A stretch of DNA of 64,000 nt from an uncultured Pseudobdellovibrionaceae bacterium (GCA_964583335.1 CAZOVG010000006.1:43675-107674), one strand, 5' to 3'; numbered from the stretch's first letter, positions 42,701 to 53,665 are shown. A program made the numbers and translations. Notes: generated by a model from the sequence alone, not told the origin.

Positions 42701-42892
42701 GATACAATCCTTATGTTGCCCAAATTTATTATCTAGATAGTCGCGTTCGTAATCTGAGGTCAGATAATAAACTTGGATAAGGTTGTATTATCGATCTGTT
42801 GGCCGATGAAATCTTTGCACGAACGAGCAGGCTCACCAACAAGCACGCCCAAATCATAGCCAAGGTGCCATCTGAAAACAAGGCACAACGGG

Positions 42893-43228
42893 CTATTTTT
42901 CCCCGACCAGTTTGATCTCCAAGCCGTCGCAACGGACGATCAGGTTGTTGGTTTTCGGATCCAGCGCCAGCTCGGCGAATTCGGCCTTGGGCAGTTTTTG
43001 CAGCGTGACATAAAGATGCTGGCTGCCGATTTTGAAAGTCTCGCGGCATCCGCATTTGACCTGGATGACATTGCTCTGGGTCGGGGCGTCGACCACGAGG
43101 AAATTCGGGTGGAATTCTAAGATTGTGTGCTTTTCGATATGGCCTTTGACACCCTTGGGCATGCGCTTCATTTTCGGCGCGGCGGTGGTTTTAAGAAATT
43201 CTGCCAAGGGGACTTTAATAAACTGCAT
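42893..43228 (-). CDS. Hypothetical protein (111 aa), AT-rich cargo
   Basis: ATG at 43228; the ORF track begins one codon earlier at a TTG. Confidence 0.45.
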   Translation of the reverse strand: MQFIKVPLAEFLKTTAAPKMKRMPKGVKGHIEKHTILEFHPNFLVVDAPTQSNVIQVKCGCRETFKIGSQHLYVTLQKLPKAEFAELALDPKTNNLIVRCDGLEIKLVGEK

Positions 43229-43542
43229 CAATGCTACCGCTTAAATTTTTTACCATGATACATGATTTCTCTTTCATTCTGGAGGGGCTTCTTAAAACCG
43301 CGCTAGGCAAAATGCAAAAAACCGCCGTCGCGTAAACCCTTGAAACCTATTGACCGAAACCTGTGAACATGACGGCAATCGGTACGGAGGTTTCTGAGAG
43401 AAAAGGCCCGTAGAGAGAGAAACAGGCCGAATTTTCGCCGCCACGGCTAAAACCATGTCAGGAGCTTTTCGCGGAACACGTTGCGGGAGTTGGGGTTTTT
43501 CCGGCGGCCCTCAAAAAGATAGAGGGTCGGTTTTTAAGATAA

Positions 43543-43632
<90 letters not shown>

Positions 43633-43882
43633 TTGCGCGGCGGTCCGTTTATCACGGACGGACGTCTGTTCGATTTAAAAGCCCCCAATTTCTAACGATT
43701 TTTATGCGGCCCTGTCCAGTGGTAAACGACAGAGTGGGCCGGGGGCGGCGGATTTTGTCTCAAGGCCTGTGGGTTCATTGCGGAAGGCGGCGGATTTCGC
43801 TTGTCCGGGCCGGGCGGCCTCATTATCTTTGCCCTATGTCGCTTTGTCCGAATCTTATAGGCTTTAGGGGTCCTGCATCCGT

Positions 43883-44863
43883 ATGATCCGCTTTTCATGG
43901 TTTGCCGTTGTTTTGACCGTTCTGTTTTTGATTCCGGGGCCCGTCATGGCCGATAAGGACGGTTTCAAGGACTGGGTTGTATCGTTCAAGAAGGAGGCCC
44001 TCAAGAAGGGGATTTCCCAGAAGACGCTCGACGCGGCGTTCGCGGGGGTGAAGCCGTTGCCGCGCGTGATTGAGCTGGACCGCAAACAGCCCGAAGGGAA
44101 GATGAGCTTCGTTCAGTACAAGGCGAAGGTCATCAATGCGGACCGGATCAAGAAGGGGCGGGCGCTTTACCGCGAGCACCGCGAGCTTCTGGACGGGATC
44201 GGCGCGAAATACGGCGTTCCGGCGCAATATATCGTCGCGCTGTGGGGGATCGAGACCAGTTACGGCACCAATACGGGCGGTTTCGGGGTCATTCCTGCGC
44301 TGGCGACGCTGGCGCATGACGGGCGGCGCAGCAGCTTTTTCCGGGGCGAGTTGATCTCCGCGCTCAAAATTCTGGATCAGGGGCATATCCCGCTCAAGGA
44401 TATGAAAGGCTCGTGGGCGGGCGCGATGGGGCAGAACCAGTTCATGCCTTCCAGCTTCCATGCCTATGCCGTTGACGAGGACGGGGACGGGCGCCGGGAT
44501 ATCTGGACCACGCGGGCCGACGTTTTCGCCTCCACGGCCAATTACCTGTCGAAAAGCGGATGGCGCGGGGACGAGCGCTGGGGCCGGCCGGTCCAGCTGC
44601 CTGAAAAATTTTCGGCGAAGCTTGTCGGGCTCGACGTGCGCAAGAGCCTCAAGGAATGGGACAAGATCGGCGTGCGTCTACCGGGCGGCGAAGCCCTTCC
44701 GGTGGTTGACGGGATCAACGCCTCGGTCGTCGCGCCGGACGGAGTCAAAGGCCCGGCCTTTTTGGCCTATCACAATTTCGGCGTGATTATGAAATGGAAC
44801 AAGTCGCAGTATTTCGCGGTCAGCGTCGGCACGCTCGCGGACGCCATCGCGCAGGCCGAATAG
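43883..44863 (+). CDS. Lytic murein transglycosylase (MltB family)
   Basis: It has a signal peptide, plus WGIETSYG and GAMGQNQFMPSSF motifs. Confidence 0.85.
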   Translation: MIRFSWFAVVLTVLFLIPGPVMADKDGFKDWVVSFKKEALKKGISQKTLDAAFAGVKPLPRVIELDRKQPEGKMSFVQYKAKVINADRIKKGRALYREHRELLDGIGAKYGVPAQYIVALWGIETSYGTNTGGFGVIPALATLAHDGRRSSFFRGELISALKILDQGHIPLKDMKGSWAGAMGQNQFMPSSFHAYAVDEDGDGRRDIWTTRADVFASTANYLSKSGWRGDERWGRPVQLPEKFSAKLVGLDVRKSLKEWDKIGVRLPGGEALPVVDGINASVVAPDGVKGPAFLAYHNFGVIMKWNKSQYFAVSVGTLADAIAQAE

Positions 44864-44887
44864 TTATATGTTCAGGGGATTCATGAA

Positions 44888-45853
44888 ATGAACCGGTTTT
44901 CAGAACGTCTCAGGTTGGCCTTTGTGCTATGCGGTTTTTTCTTGGTTACCGGGTGTTCCAGTATGCCGTTTTTCGGTGATGACGGAAGCAACGGCAATAA
45001 GGGCAAGCCGGGGAAAAGCGCCGGGCAGTATAAGGTCGGCTCGCCCTATAAAATCAACGGCGTGACCTATAAGCCGCAAGAGTTCGACACGTTCACCGAG
45101 ACGGGCATCGCCTCCTGGTACGGGCCGGGGTTTCATGGCAAGAGCACGGCGAACGGGGAACGGTTCGATACGAACGAGTTGACGGCCGCGCACCGGGTTC
45201 TGCCGATGCCGAGCCTTGTGCGGGTTACCAATCTTGAAAATGGCCGTTCGGTTGTTTTGCGTGTGAATGACCGTGGGCCGTTTGCGCATAACCGGGTGAT
45301 CGACGTTTCGCAAAAGGGTGCAGAGCTTCTTGGCTTCAAGAACAAAGGTACGGCGCGGGTCCGCGTTCAGCTTATGGAGCGCGAGAGCGCGCGGCTGGCG
45401 GATCTAGCGAAAAAGGGGATCAGTACGCGTGGGCAGGAACTCGCCCATAACCGCGCTTCGGGGGCGCATGCGCCGGGGTTGCCTCCGGTTCCGCCCGCAC
45501 CGCCCATCGTGCGTCAGGCTTCGGTTCAAGCGCCGATGACTCTGGACGACGGATCGAGTCTACCGGGGCACGTCAAGGGCGGGGTGTTCTATCCTGATCC
45601 GGTCGTGCGGCAGGAAGCCGTCAACCCGACCACGCTGTTCGTTCAGGCGGGATCGTTCACGCAGGAGGCGGCTGCGAAGAGTTTGTCCACGGAACTGCAA
45701 GCCTTCGGCGCAGCGCGCGTGTATGCTGCCGATGTGCGCGGAACACGTTATTTCCGCGTCAGGATTTCCGCCAAGAGCGTCCCGGAGGCGGACAGGATCA
45801 TCGCCGCTTTGAAACGCAGCGGGTATAAAGACAGTATCATCGTGGTTGAATGA
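44888..45853 (+). CDS. rlpA: Septal ring lytic transglycosylase RlpA (DPBB + SPOR domains)
   Basis: Lipobox LVTGCS, the DPBB motif [22 protein letters not shown]...VNDRGP, and a C-terminal SPOR-like region are present. Confidence 0.85.
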   Translation: MNRFSERLRLAFVLCGFFLVTGCSSMPFFGDDGSNGNKGKPGKSAGQYKVGSPYKINGVTYKPQEFDTFTETGIASWYGPGFHGKSTANGERFDTNELTAAHRVLPMPSLVRVTNLENGRSVVLRVNDRGPFAHNRVIDVSQKGAELLGFKNKGTARVRVQLMERESARLADLAKKGISTRGQELAHNRASGAHAPGLPPVPPAPPIVRQASVQAPMTLDDGSSLPGHVKGGVFYPDPVVRQEAVNPTTLFVQAGSFTQEAAAKSLSTELQAFGAARVYAADVRGTRYFRVRISAKSVPEADRIIAALKRSGYKDSIIVVE

Positions 45854-45904
45854 CCGTCATTTGCTTTATTTGTGCCAACCAGAAACTTCGAGGAAAACAT
45901 AATT

Positions 45905-47074
45905 ATGTCCTATAACCTCCGCCTTCAAATCCTAGCGGCCTTCATTCTTGCCGCGCTGGTCTTGATCGTGTCCGGCGCCGTTCATGCGCAGGAGGCCGCT
46001 CCTTCGTCCGCCGGGGACCAGCAGACAACAGCCTTGCAGGCCATTGCCATCGACTTCGACACGGGCGCGGTTCTGTATGAAAAAGATGCGGACAAGCGGA
46101 TGCCAACGGCGTCAATGAGCAAGGTTCTTACGATGTACATGGTCTTTGATGCGCTCAAGGCCGAACGTCTCAAGCTGGATCAGGAACTGCTGGTCAGCGA
46201 AAAGGCCTGGCGCACGCAAGGCTCCAAGATGTGGGTGCCGATCCACGGCAACGTCAAGGTCGAGGATCTGATCCGGGGCGTGATCGTCCAATCCGGTAAC
46301 GACGCCACCGTCGTTTTTGCCGAGGCTCTGGCCGGTTCGGAGGAGGCCTTTGCGATCGCGATGACCAAGAAGGCGCACGAGTTGGGCATGAAGAACAGCA
46401 ATTTCAAGAACGCCAGCGGTTGGCCGGACCCGGAGCATTATTCCACGCCCCGCGACATGGCGATCATGGCGCAGGCCTTGATCCGCGATTTTCCGGAATA
46501 TTACCATTATTATGCGGAAAAGGATTTCACCTATAACAACATCAAGCAGGGGAACCGCAATCCGCTGCTTTACCGGGGGATCGGCGCAGACGGCGTGAAG
46601 ACCGGGCATACGGAAGAGGCGGGCTACGGGCTGGTCGCTTCGGGGATGCAGGACGGGCGGCGCGCGGTGGCCGTTCTGACGGGCATGAAGAGTATGCAGG
46701 AGCGGGCAGACGAGTCCGCGAAGCTTTTGCAATGGGCTTTAGGCAGTTTTAAAAACGTAACGGTTTTCAAGGAACAGCGTGAAATCGAGAGGATTCCCGT
46801 CGTCTGGGGTGTCGCTGAAACGGTCGGTGTCCGCGCCGAAAAATCCATGGCTGTGACGCTGCCGAAAATGGACGCGGGTAACGTCTCGGTCGATATTTCC
46901 TATAAAACGCCCTTGATCGCTCCCCTGAAAGAGGGCGACAATGTGGGCACGGTGACCGTCAAGATCGCGGGGCGGGAGGATGTATCCATCCCCCTTGTTA
47001 CTATGGCGGAGGTTCCGCAGGCCGGGTTTTTTGCTCGGTTGATGCAGAAGCTTCATCTTCTTGTAAACGGCTAA
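45905..47074 (+). CDS. D-alanyl-D-alanine carboxypeptidase (PBP5/6 class)
   Basis: SxxK (ASMSKV), SxN (QSGND) and KTG (VKTGHT) motifs are present. ATG at 45905 has GAGGAAA upstream. Confidence 0.9.
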   Translation: MSYNLRLQILAAFILAALVLIVSGAVHAQEAAPSSAGDQQTTALQAIAIDFDTGAVLYEKDADKRMPTASMSKVLTMYMVFDALKAERLKLDQELLVSEKAWRTQGSKMWVPIHGNVKVEDLIRGVIVQSGNDATVVFAEALAGSEEAFAIAMTKKAHELGMKNSNFKNASGWPDPEHYSTPRDMAIMAQALIRDFPEYYHYYAEKDFTYNNIKQGNRNPLLYRGIGADGVKTGHTEEAGYGLVASGMQDGRRAVAVLTGMKSMQERADESAKLLQWALGSFKNVTVFKEQREIERIPVVWGVAETVGVRAEKSMAVTLPKMDAGNVSVDISYKTPLIAPLKEGDNVGTVTVKIAGREDVSIPLVTMAEVPQAGFFARLMQKLHLLVNG

Positions 47075-47096
47075 TGCCTATGATTGAGCGTACGCT

Positions 47097-47759
47097 ATGA
47101 CGATTGAACATAAAAAGCAGTCTCTGTTTATCACGCTTGAGGGCGGAGAGGGCGCAGGGAAAACCACGCAGATCAACCGTCTTGCGGAGTCTCTGACCCG
47201 CGAAAACTACAAGGTTATTACGACGCGTGAGCCGGGCGGGACTCCTGAGGGCGAGAAAATCCGTTCGCTATTCGTGCGGGACGGCGGGGCGCAGTGGAGC
47301 CCGCTTGCCGAGGTTCTGCTTGTTCTGGCGGCAAGGGCGATGCATGTGGAGCGGGTCGTCCGCCCGGCGCTGGAGGCCGGGAAGATCGTTCTCTGCGACC
47401 GTTTTTCCGACTCGACCCTGGCTTATCAGGGTTACGGGCGCGGGCTTGAGGCACAAACCATCGAGCGTCTCTCGCAGGACGTACTGGGCGATTTGAGGCC
47501 TGATCTCACGTTCATTCTCGATCTTCCGCCCGAGTTGGGGCTCAGCCGATCGACCAAGAGGCTGGCGCGCGAGGGTTTGAACGGCTTCGAGGGCGAGGAC
47601 CGTTTTGAGAAGCTGGAGATGGATTTTCATCACAAAGTGCGTGAGGGCTTTCTCACGATCGCCAAGAACGAGCCCGAGCGCTGCGTGGTGATCGACGCGA
47701 CGGCTTCGGTGGATGCGATGGCGGCCGCGATATGGGACGCCGTGCGTAAGAGTTTATAA
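47097..47759 (+). CDS. tmk: dTMP kinase
   Basis: P-loop EGGEGAGKTTQ and the DRFSDSTLAYQG motif are present. Confidence 0.9.
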   Translation: MTIEHKKQSLFITLEGGEGAGKTTQINRLAESLTRENYKVITTREPGGTPEGEKIRSLFVRDGGAQWSPLAEVLLVLAARAMHVERVVRPALEAGKIVLCDRFSDSTLAYQGYGRGLEAQTIERLSQDVLGDLRPDLTFILDLPPELGLSRSTKRLAREGLNGFEGEDRFEKLEMDFHHKVREGFLTIAKNEPERCVVIDATASVDAMAAAIWDAVRKSL

Positions 47760-47777
47760 ATCTAAAGGTTAGATACC

Positions 47778-48965
47778 ATGGATCTGTTCGGGGACAGTCT
47801 GGCCGACCCGGAGGCCGAGTCCTTGCTTGAAGAGGATGAAGGGTTTTCCGCGGCCGAAGTTTCTCCAGCGCCTTCGGGCGAGCGTGAGCTTTTGTCCGCG
47901 CCGCAATCCATGACCTTCTGTTTCGGCCATGAAGAGCCGGAGCGGCTTCTGCTTGAGGCCTTCGCGGCGGGCCGTCTTCCCCATGCCCTTATTTTCTCGG
48001 GACCGCAAGGGATCGGAAAGTGCACGTTCGCCTTCCGGTTCGCGCGGTTCCTTTTGAAGCACGGCAACCTTCCCGAGCCGGGGGAAAGCCTGTTCGGCGG
48101 CAGCGAGGTGACGTTGCCCGAGACCATGGATGTAGCACATGGCGATCCGGTTTTTTCGCGCGTTGCGTCCGGCGGGCATGGTGACCTGCTTTATATCGAG
48201 AGGGGGATGGATGCCGCCAAGGGCAAGGAGAAAGCCATTCTGAATGTCGAGACCGTTCGCAAGATTGCGCCCTTCTTACGTAAAACTTCGGCGGAGGGCG
48301 GCTGGCGCGTGGTGATCGTGGACGATGCCGACCTTATGAATACGGCCGCGCAGAACGCGATCCTTAAAATTCTTGAAGAGCCGCCTAAGAAGGTCGCCAT
48401 CATTCTCATTACGCACCGCGCCGGGGCCCTTATCCCGACGATCCGTTCACGCAGCCGGGTTGTGCCGTTCGCGCCTCTTGAGGACCGGATTGTGAAGGAT
48501 CTGCTGGCGCGGCAGGGGTTCGTCTATTCGCCCGCCGACGGCGAGCTTATCTGCGATTTTGCGGGGGGCAGCATCGGCGCGGCCCTGCGGTTTGCCGAGG
48601 AGGAGGGGCCGGAGGTTTTCAGGAGCGTCTGGGCATTGCTCAGCGTCGCGCCGGACTGGAACTGGCCGGATATCCATAAATTCGCCGATAGTTTCGGGGG
48701 CGTGGGCGTTGAAAAGCGCTATGCTCTGACCGCCCGGCTTACGGCTTGGATTTTCCGAAGGCTTGTGAGCCTGAAGGCTCGGGAGAGCAAGAGTTTTCCG
48801 GCTTATCTGGCGGGGAGCGGCAAAAGCGCCTTTCTTCTCAGCCTACCGCAGGCGCGGCTTCTGGAGATCGCCGACGGGCTCGAGGCGCATTTCGCGCGCT
48901 CGGATTTTTCCAATCTCGATAAGCGGGAAACTGTACGCAGCGCGTTTCTTGTGATAAACCCATAA
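47778..48965 (+). CDS. holB: DNA polymerase III subunit delta'
   Basis: GPQGIGKCTFAFRFARFLL, VVIVDDADLMN and SRSR sensor motifs are present. The tmk-holB-metG synteny supports the call. Confidence 0.8.
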   Translation: MDLFGDSLADPEAESLLEEDEGFSAAEVSPAPSGERELLSAPQSMTFCFGHEEPERLLLEAFAAGRLPHALIFSGPQGIGKCTFAFRFARFLLKHGNLPEPGESLFGGSEVTLPETMDVAHGDPVFSRVASGGHGDLLYIERGMDAAKGKEKAILNVETVRKIAPFLRKTSAEGGWRVVIVDDADLMNTAAQNAILKILEEPPKKVAIILITHRAGALIPTIRSRSRVVPFAPLEDRIVKDLLARQGFVYSPADGELICDFAGGSIGAALRFAEEEGPEVFRSVWALLSVAPDWNWPDIHKFADSFGGVGVEKRYALTARLTAWIFRRLVSLKARESKSFPAYLAGSGKSAFLLSLPQARLLEIADGLEAHFARSDFSNLDKRETVRSAFLVINP

Positions 48966-49013
48966 AAAACTTCATTATTTCAAGTTTTGAGCAGAGATTT
49001 CAGGGGTACCGCT

Positions 49014-50594
49014 TTGAGCAAAAACACGCCTTTCTTTATTACGACCGCCATTTCCTATGTCAACGGAAAGCCGCACCTTGGGCATGCGTATGAGGTGATC
49101 CTGACCGACGTGATGGCGCGCTTCAAGCGGCTGGACGGCTATGACGTGATGTTCCTGACCGGGACGGACGAGCACGGCGAGAAGGTCGCCAAGACCGCCG
49201 AGAAGAACGGGATGACGCCCAAGGCGTTCGCGGACATGAATGCCGCGTACTTCCAGCAGATGGCCAAGACGCTCGGCATTTCCAATGACGATTTTATCCG
49301 TACGACCGAGCCCCGGCATTACGAGGCCTCGCAGGCGATCTGGAACAAGCTGAAGGATAAGGGCGATATCTATCTCGGAAAATACGAGGGCTGGTATTCG
49401 GTGCGCGAGGAAGGCTATTTCGGCGAAGATGAGCTGACGACCGACCCGGCGACGGGCAAGAAGCTTACCCCCAACGGCACGGAAGTGGAGTGGGTGGAGG
49501 AGCCCAGCTATTTCTTCAAGCTTTCAAAATACACCGATTTCCTGCTGGATTATTATAAAGCCCATCCTGAGTTTATCCAGCCGAACGCGCGGACGAACGA
49601 GATTGTCAGTTTCGTGAAGCAGGAGGGCGGGCTCAAGGACCTATCCGTCTCCCGGCACAAGAGCCGCCTGACGTGGGGTATTCCGGTTCCCGGCGAGCCG
49701 GACCATGTGATGTATGTCTGGCTGGACGCGCTCACCAACTATATTACCGCTATCGGTTACCCCGAAGAGCAGTCTGAGACGTTCAAAAAATTCTGGCCGG
49801 TTGATTATCATGTGATCGGGAAAGACATTACGCGGTTTCACGCAATTTACTGGCCCGCTTTCCTCAAGGCCGCCGACCTCCCGCTACCCAAGCAGATTTT
49901 TGCGCACGGGTTCATCAATGTGCAGGGCGCGAAGATGTCAAAGTCGGTGGGCAATGTTCTTTCTCCTGATGGACTTGTCGAGACTTATGGTCTGGATGCC
50001 ACGCGCTATTTCCTGATGCGGGAGATTCCGCACGGGCAGGACGGGAATTTCGGCCATGAACAGGCCGTGCAGCGCATCAACGCCGATCTTGCGAACGGGC
50101 TGGGCAACCTCGCGCAGCGCACGCTTTCGATGATCCATAAGAATTGCGGAGAGCAGATTCCTGCGCCCGGAGAACTTACGATAGAAGACAAGGTTCTGTT
50201 AGAGCATGCCTATGAGCGTTTGATCGACGATCAGGCCCGCAAGCAAGCTGAAGCGTTCGGGTTTCATAATGTTCTGGGGTCGATCTGGAAGGTGATTTCG
50301 GCGTGCGACGTTTATATCGACCAGCAGGCGCCGTGGAAGCTCAAGAAAGAGAACCCGCAGCGCATGGAAACGGTCTTGTATGTGATTGCCGAGGCGGTGC
50401 GGTGTATCGCGGTCGCCGTGCAGCCGGTCACGCCGGGATCGGCGGGCAAGCTGCTTGATCAATTGGCTGTCCCTCAGGACAAGCGTATGTTTGCCCATAT
50501 TACCAAGGATTATGCCCTTAAACCCGGCACCAAGATCGATAAGCCCGAGGGCGTCTTCCCCCGGATCGTCGAGAGCGAAGAGGCGGCGGAGTAG
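49014..50594 (+). CDS. metG: Methionine--tRNA ligase
   Basis: HLGH (HIGH-class) and KMSKS motifs are present. The start is probably the TTG at 49014; an alternative TTG is at 48987. Confidence 0.9.
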   Translation: MSKNTPFFITTAISYVNGKPHLGHAYEVILTDVMARFKRLDGYDVMFLTGTDEHGEKVAKTAEKNGMTPKAFADMNAAYFQQMAKTLGISNDDFIRTTEPRHYEASQAIWNKLKDKGDIYLGKYEGWYSVREEGYFGEDELTTDPATGKKLTPNGTEVEWVEEPSYFFKLSKYTDFLLDYYKAHPEFIQPNARTNEIVSFVKQEGGLKDLSVSRHKSRLTWGIPVPGEPDHVMYVWLDALTNYITAIGYPEEQSETFKKFWPVDYHVIGKDITRFHAIYWPAFLKAADLPLPKQIFAHGFINVQGAKMSKSVGNVLSPDGLVETYGLDATRYFLMREIPHGQDGNFGHEQAVQRINADLANGLGNLAQRTLSMIHKNCGEQIPAPGELTIEDKVLLEHAYERLIDDQARKQAEAFGFHNVLGSIWKVISACDVYIDQQAPWKLKKENPQRMETVLYVIAEAVRCIAVAVQPVTPGSAGKLLDQLAVPQDKRMFAHITKDYALKPGTKIDKPEGVFPRIVESEEAAE

Positions 50595-50603
50595 GGCGTT
50601 TTC

Positions 50604-51401
50604 ATGTGGATCGACTCGCATTGCCATCTTAACCATGAGCGCGTGACGCCGGAGGACACTCCGGCGATGCTGGCTGAGCGGGCGCGGGAGGCCGGGGTAT
50701 CGGGAATGATCTCCATTTGCTGTCAGATCGCCAAGGAGTTCGACGGACTTCTTGAGATGGTCCGTCCTCTGGAGAATGTCTGGTGCAGCGTCGGGACGCA
50801 TCCGCACGATGCCGGGCTTGAGACCGAAAAAGCCGTGACGCTCGAGGAGCTTTGCGCGAAGGCTTTGTCCGACCCCAAGGTCGTCGGCATCGGGGAGTCG
50901 GGGCTGGATTACTATTACGACAACTCGCCACGCGAGGACCAGCGGGAGTCGTTCCGCAAGCATATCCGCGCCTGCGTCCAGACCGGGTTGCCCTTGATCG
51001 TGCACAGCCGGGAGGCCGAGGCCGATACCGCGCACATCCTGCGCGAAGAAGGCGGCGGCAAAGGGCTGCGCGGGGTCATGCATTGTTTCAGCTCGGGGCC
51101 GCAGCTGGCCAAAGATGCGCTTGATTTAGGTTTCTATATTTCGTTTTCGGGCATGATCACCTTCCAGAAGGCGGACGAGTTGAGGTATATCGCTAAGACC
51201 GTCCCGCTGGAACGGATACTGGTTGAGACGGACGCGCCGTTTTTGGCACCCGTTCCGCACCGGGGCAAGACGAACGAGCCGGCGTATGTCGCGCATACCG
51301 GGAATTTCCTTGCCGATTTTCTGAACATCGATCGGGAGGATTTCGCGGCGCAGACGACCGAGAATTTCTTTACGCTGTTCAACCGGGCGAAAAGCACATG
51401 A
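50604..51401 (+). CDS. TatD-family metal-dependent hydrolase
   Basis: WIDSHCHLN start, plus IGESGLDYY and VETDAPFL motifs. Confidence 0.9.
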   Translation: MWIDSHCHLNHERVTPEDTPAMLAERAREAGVSGMISICCQIAKEFDGLLEMVRPLENVWCSVGTHPHDAGLETEKAVTLEELCAKALSDPKVVGIGESGLDYYYDNSPREDQRESFRKHIRACVQTGLPLIVHSREAEADTAHILREEGGGKGLRGVMHCFSSGPQLAKDALDLGFYISFSGMITFQKADELRYIAKTVPLERILVETDAPFLAPVPHRGKTNEPAYVAHTGNFLADFLNIDREDFAAQTTENFFTLFNRAKST

Positions 51402-52198
51402 GCGTGCAGGCGATTATTCTGGGGTGCGGCAATTCATCAGGCGTGCCGGGGATGGGCAATTACTGGGGGCATTGCGACCCGAGTGAGCCTAAGAACCGGC
51501 GCGGGCGGAGTTCCTTGGCCGTTGTCAGCGAACGCACGACCCTTGTGATCGACACCGGGCCGGATTTCCGCGAGCAGTTTAACCGGGAAAATCTCAAGAC
51601 GCCGGACGCCGTGTTTTATACACACTCCCACAGCGATCACTGCCACGGGATTGACGATCTGCGCAGCTTTTACTTTCGGGGGCATCAGAAGCCCATGCCC
51701 GTCTATTTTAACGCGGACACGCATGCGGACCTTTATCACCGCTTTAAATATCTTTTCGACGGCGGTAATAACGAATTTTTTTATCCGCCCCTTTTGGCCG
51801 CGAATATTTTTTTCGATGAGGATTATGGGCGAGCGCATACGATTGGCGACATTTCATTCATTCCCTTTATCGTCGATCACGGCTCCTGTACCTGTACGGG
51901 GTTCCGGTTCGGCGATCTGGCCTATACGGTCGATATGAAATCGCTGGATGACACGGCGCTTGGCATTCTGAAGGGCGTCAAGACGTGGATCGTGGATGCG
52001 GCGGCCTATCAGATCAAGCACAACGCCGTTCACGCCAATATCGAGGACATCATCGCTTATAATAAGGTCGTGCAGGCCGAAACCGTCTATCTTTCGAGTC
52101 TGACGACCCAGATGGACTACCACACTCTGCTTGGGGAGCTGCCCAAAGGTTTCGCCCCGGCGTTCGATGGACTGCGGCTTGCTATCGCCTCTACATAA
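51398..52198 (+). CDS. MBL-fold metallo-hydrolase
   Basis: HSHSDHCHG (HxHxDH) motif. ATGA overlap with the TatD gene. Confidence 0.85.
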   Translation: MSVQAIILGCGNSSGVPGMGNYWGHCDPSEPKNRRGRSSLAVVSERTTLVIDTGPDFREQFNRENLKTPDAVFYTHSHSDHCHGIDDLRSFYFRGHQKPMPVYFNADTHADLYHRFKYLFDGGNNEFFYPPLLAANIFFDEDYGRAHTIGDISFIPFIVDHGSCTCTGFRFGDLAYTVDMKSLDDTALGILKGVKTWIVDAAAYQIKHNAVHANIEDIIAYNKVVQAETVYLSSLTTQMDYHTLLGELPKGFAPAFDGLRLAIAST

Positions 52199-52294
52199 GT
52201 GATTGTTATAAAATCAATAATTTCTAAAATTGCCCTTTACCGCTTCGCGCTCTATAATATTTGAAAAAATTTAATGATTATTTGGTGATAAGGC

Positions 52295-53665
52295 GTGACT
52301 GAGGGTCGGATTTACATCAGCGACAAGACGGCAGAGTCATTCGGCGGGCGTGAGCGCGTCGAGGAAATGTTCCGGCGCGTGGGCAACGGCGGGCATATCG
52401 TCGTGTTCGGCGAACAGGATACGCCGCAAGAGGTTGCCCGGCTTTTACGTGAAGCCAAAGATAACTCCATGGGATTTTTCAACTGGATCGGTCAGGACAA
52501 ACTCGACCGCGCTCTGGCGGCGGCCAATTCGCCCATAGTCCCGGCGCTTATGTCGTATGATTTTAACGGGGACGGGCGCAAGGACATATTTAGCTTCAGG
52601 AATACGGAACGGCTCTTCGAACTCGGGGTTCCTACTCTGCCGGGGGATCCCGCCGCCGTTCGCGAGTTTCTTTTTTCCCATGAAATCGGGCATGTCGACA
52701 GCCACAATCTCAGCTCGTTCTGGGACCGCTGGCGTAACGAGGTGGACGCCGATCAGGACGGTTTCCGGGGCATGGGGCCGCGCGCCACGCGTGAATTCCA
52801 GGAGGGTATTCTTGCGGCCCGCGCCGGAAACACGCTGGGCGATATGATCATCATGCAGGAGCTGAAGATCGACAGCCGCTCCACATTCAACATACTGGTG
52901 GACAACCCCGAGTTCATCCATGCCAGCGTGCTTGGAACCTTTCTGCCCGGGGAGCAGCCGCTGGAATTTAACGCTCAACGCCTCAATCTTTCGCTGGATA
53001 ATTTCCGCGATGCGGTTCTGGGGCGCCTTTACGACAACCATCTCGCTAGAAACCCCAATTTCAGGCTGGATATTTCCAGTGTTTCCGCCAACGATGCGAA
53101 TTATACCTATGTTAACAGCTTCAGGTCGTTCATAGAATCTAAGGGCGGGCCGGTGGCCGAGCGTTATCAACCCTTTATTGACAACATGCAGGAGCTGAGC
53201 GACCGTCAGGGGCAGCTTTGGGAGCGCTACCGTTTGCTGGGCGACGATCAGCAAGCGCAAAAAGATGCGATTTTTGAGCAGATCGAACAAACACAGGGGC
53301 AGGTCAAGGTTGAGTTGCAGCAGGCGCTCGATTTCATGCGCGAGACCAATCCCACGCTTTACCGTGAGCATATCGTGGGTGAGTATTTCGGACTTTTCAA
53401 CCGACAGGCCGGGATTATCGATGTCGAACTGGGACAGCGCACGCCGCAGCAATTCATCGCCGGAGTCCAGAAACCCATGCTGGATGTCGTCATTCAGCTG
53501 CGCCGTGAAGGCGCGTTCGCCGACGACCCGATCCAAAGGCGACTGACTGACTATATCGCCCGGGATGCGGAAATTAGACCGAGTTACTACGGCCTTGAAG
53601 CTTCTCAGGGTGCGGGCCAAGGGCCCCGGGCGGAGCCGCCCGCCAGCGCCCCCTTGAGGCCTTGA
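52295..53665 (+). CDS. Orphan protein with HExxH motif (possible zinc metallopeptidase-like)
   Basis: GTG start. The motif is FSHEIGHVDSH. 456 aa with an AT-rich upstream region. Confidence 0.55.
   Translation: MTEGRIYISDKTAESFGGRERVEEMFRRVGNGGHIVVFGEQDTPQEVARLLREAKDNSMGFFNWIGQDKLDRALAAANSPIVPALMSYDFNGDGRKDIFSFRNTERLFELGVPTLPGDPAAVREFLFSHEIGHVDSHNLSSFWDRWRNEVDADQDGFRGMGPRATREFQEGILAARAGNTLGDMIIMQELKIDSRSTFNILVDNPEFIHASVLGTFLPGEQPLEFNAQRLNLSLDNFRDAVLGRLYDNHLARNPNFRLDISSVSANDANYTYVNSFRSFIESKGGPVAERYQPFIDNMQELSDRQGQLWERYRLLGDDQQAQKDAIFEQIEQTQGQVKVELQQALDFMRETNPTLYREHIVGEYFGLFNRQAGIIDVELGQRTPQQFIAGVQKPMLDVVIQLRREGAFADDPIQRRLTDYIARDAEIRPSYYGLEASQGAGQGPRAEPPASAPLRP

Larger units (their letters stand above)
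1..43542 (-). mobile_element. Temperate siphovirus-like prophage, right-hand ~43.5 kb (left end outside window)
   Basis: Uninterrupted phage modules (lysis, tail, head, packaging, methylases, replication, sigma factor, serine recombinase, LexA-like repressor) with many ATGA/TAATG-coupled genes. It ends next to the 3' end of tRNA-Ser at 43543. DNA from 43.9 kb onward is housekeeping. Confidence 0.8.

Noticed and set aside
42700-43542. Search for a tyrosine integrase or att direct repeat next to tRNA-Ser
   Set aside because: No integrase-like ORF and no copy of the tRNA 3' end were found in this interval. The left prophage end is outside the window, so att sites cannot be called.
50199-51083. 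294-aa minus-strand ORF (and 58322..59164, 280 aa on the + strand)
   Set aside because: They are antisense to metG/tatD and to the NtrC-family gene respectively. Both of those have definitive motifs on the other strand, so these are shadow ORFs.
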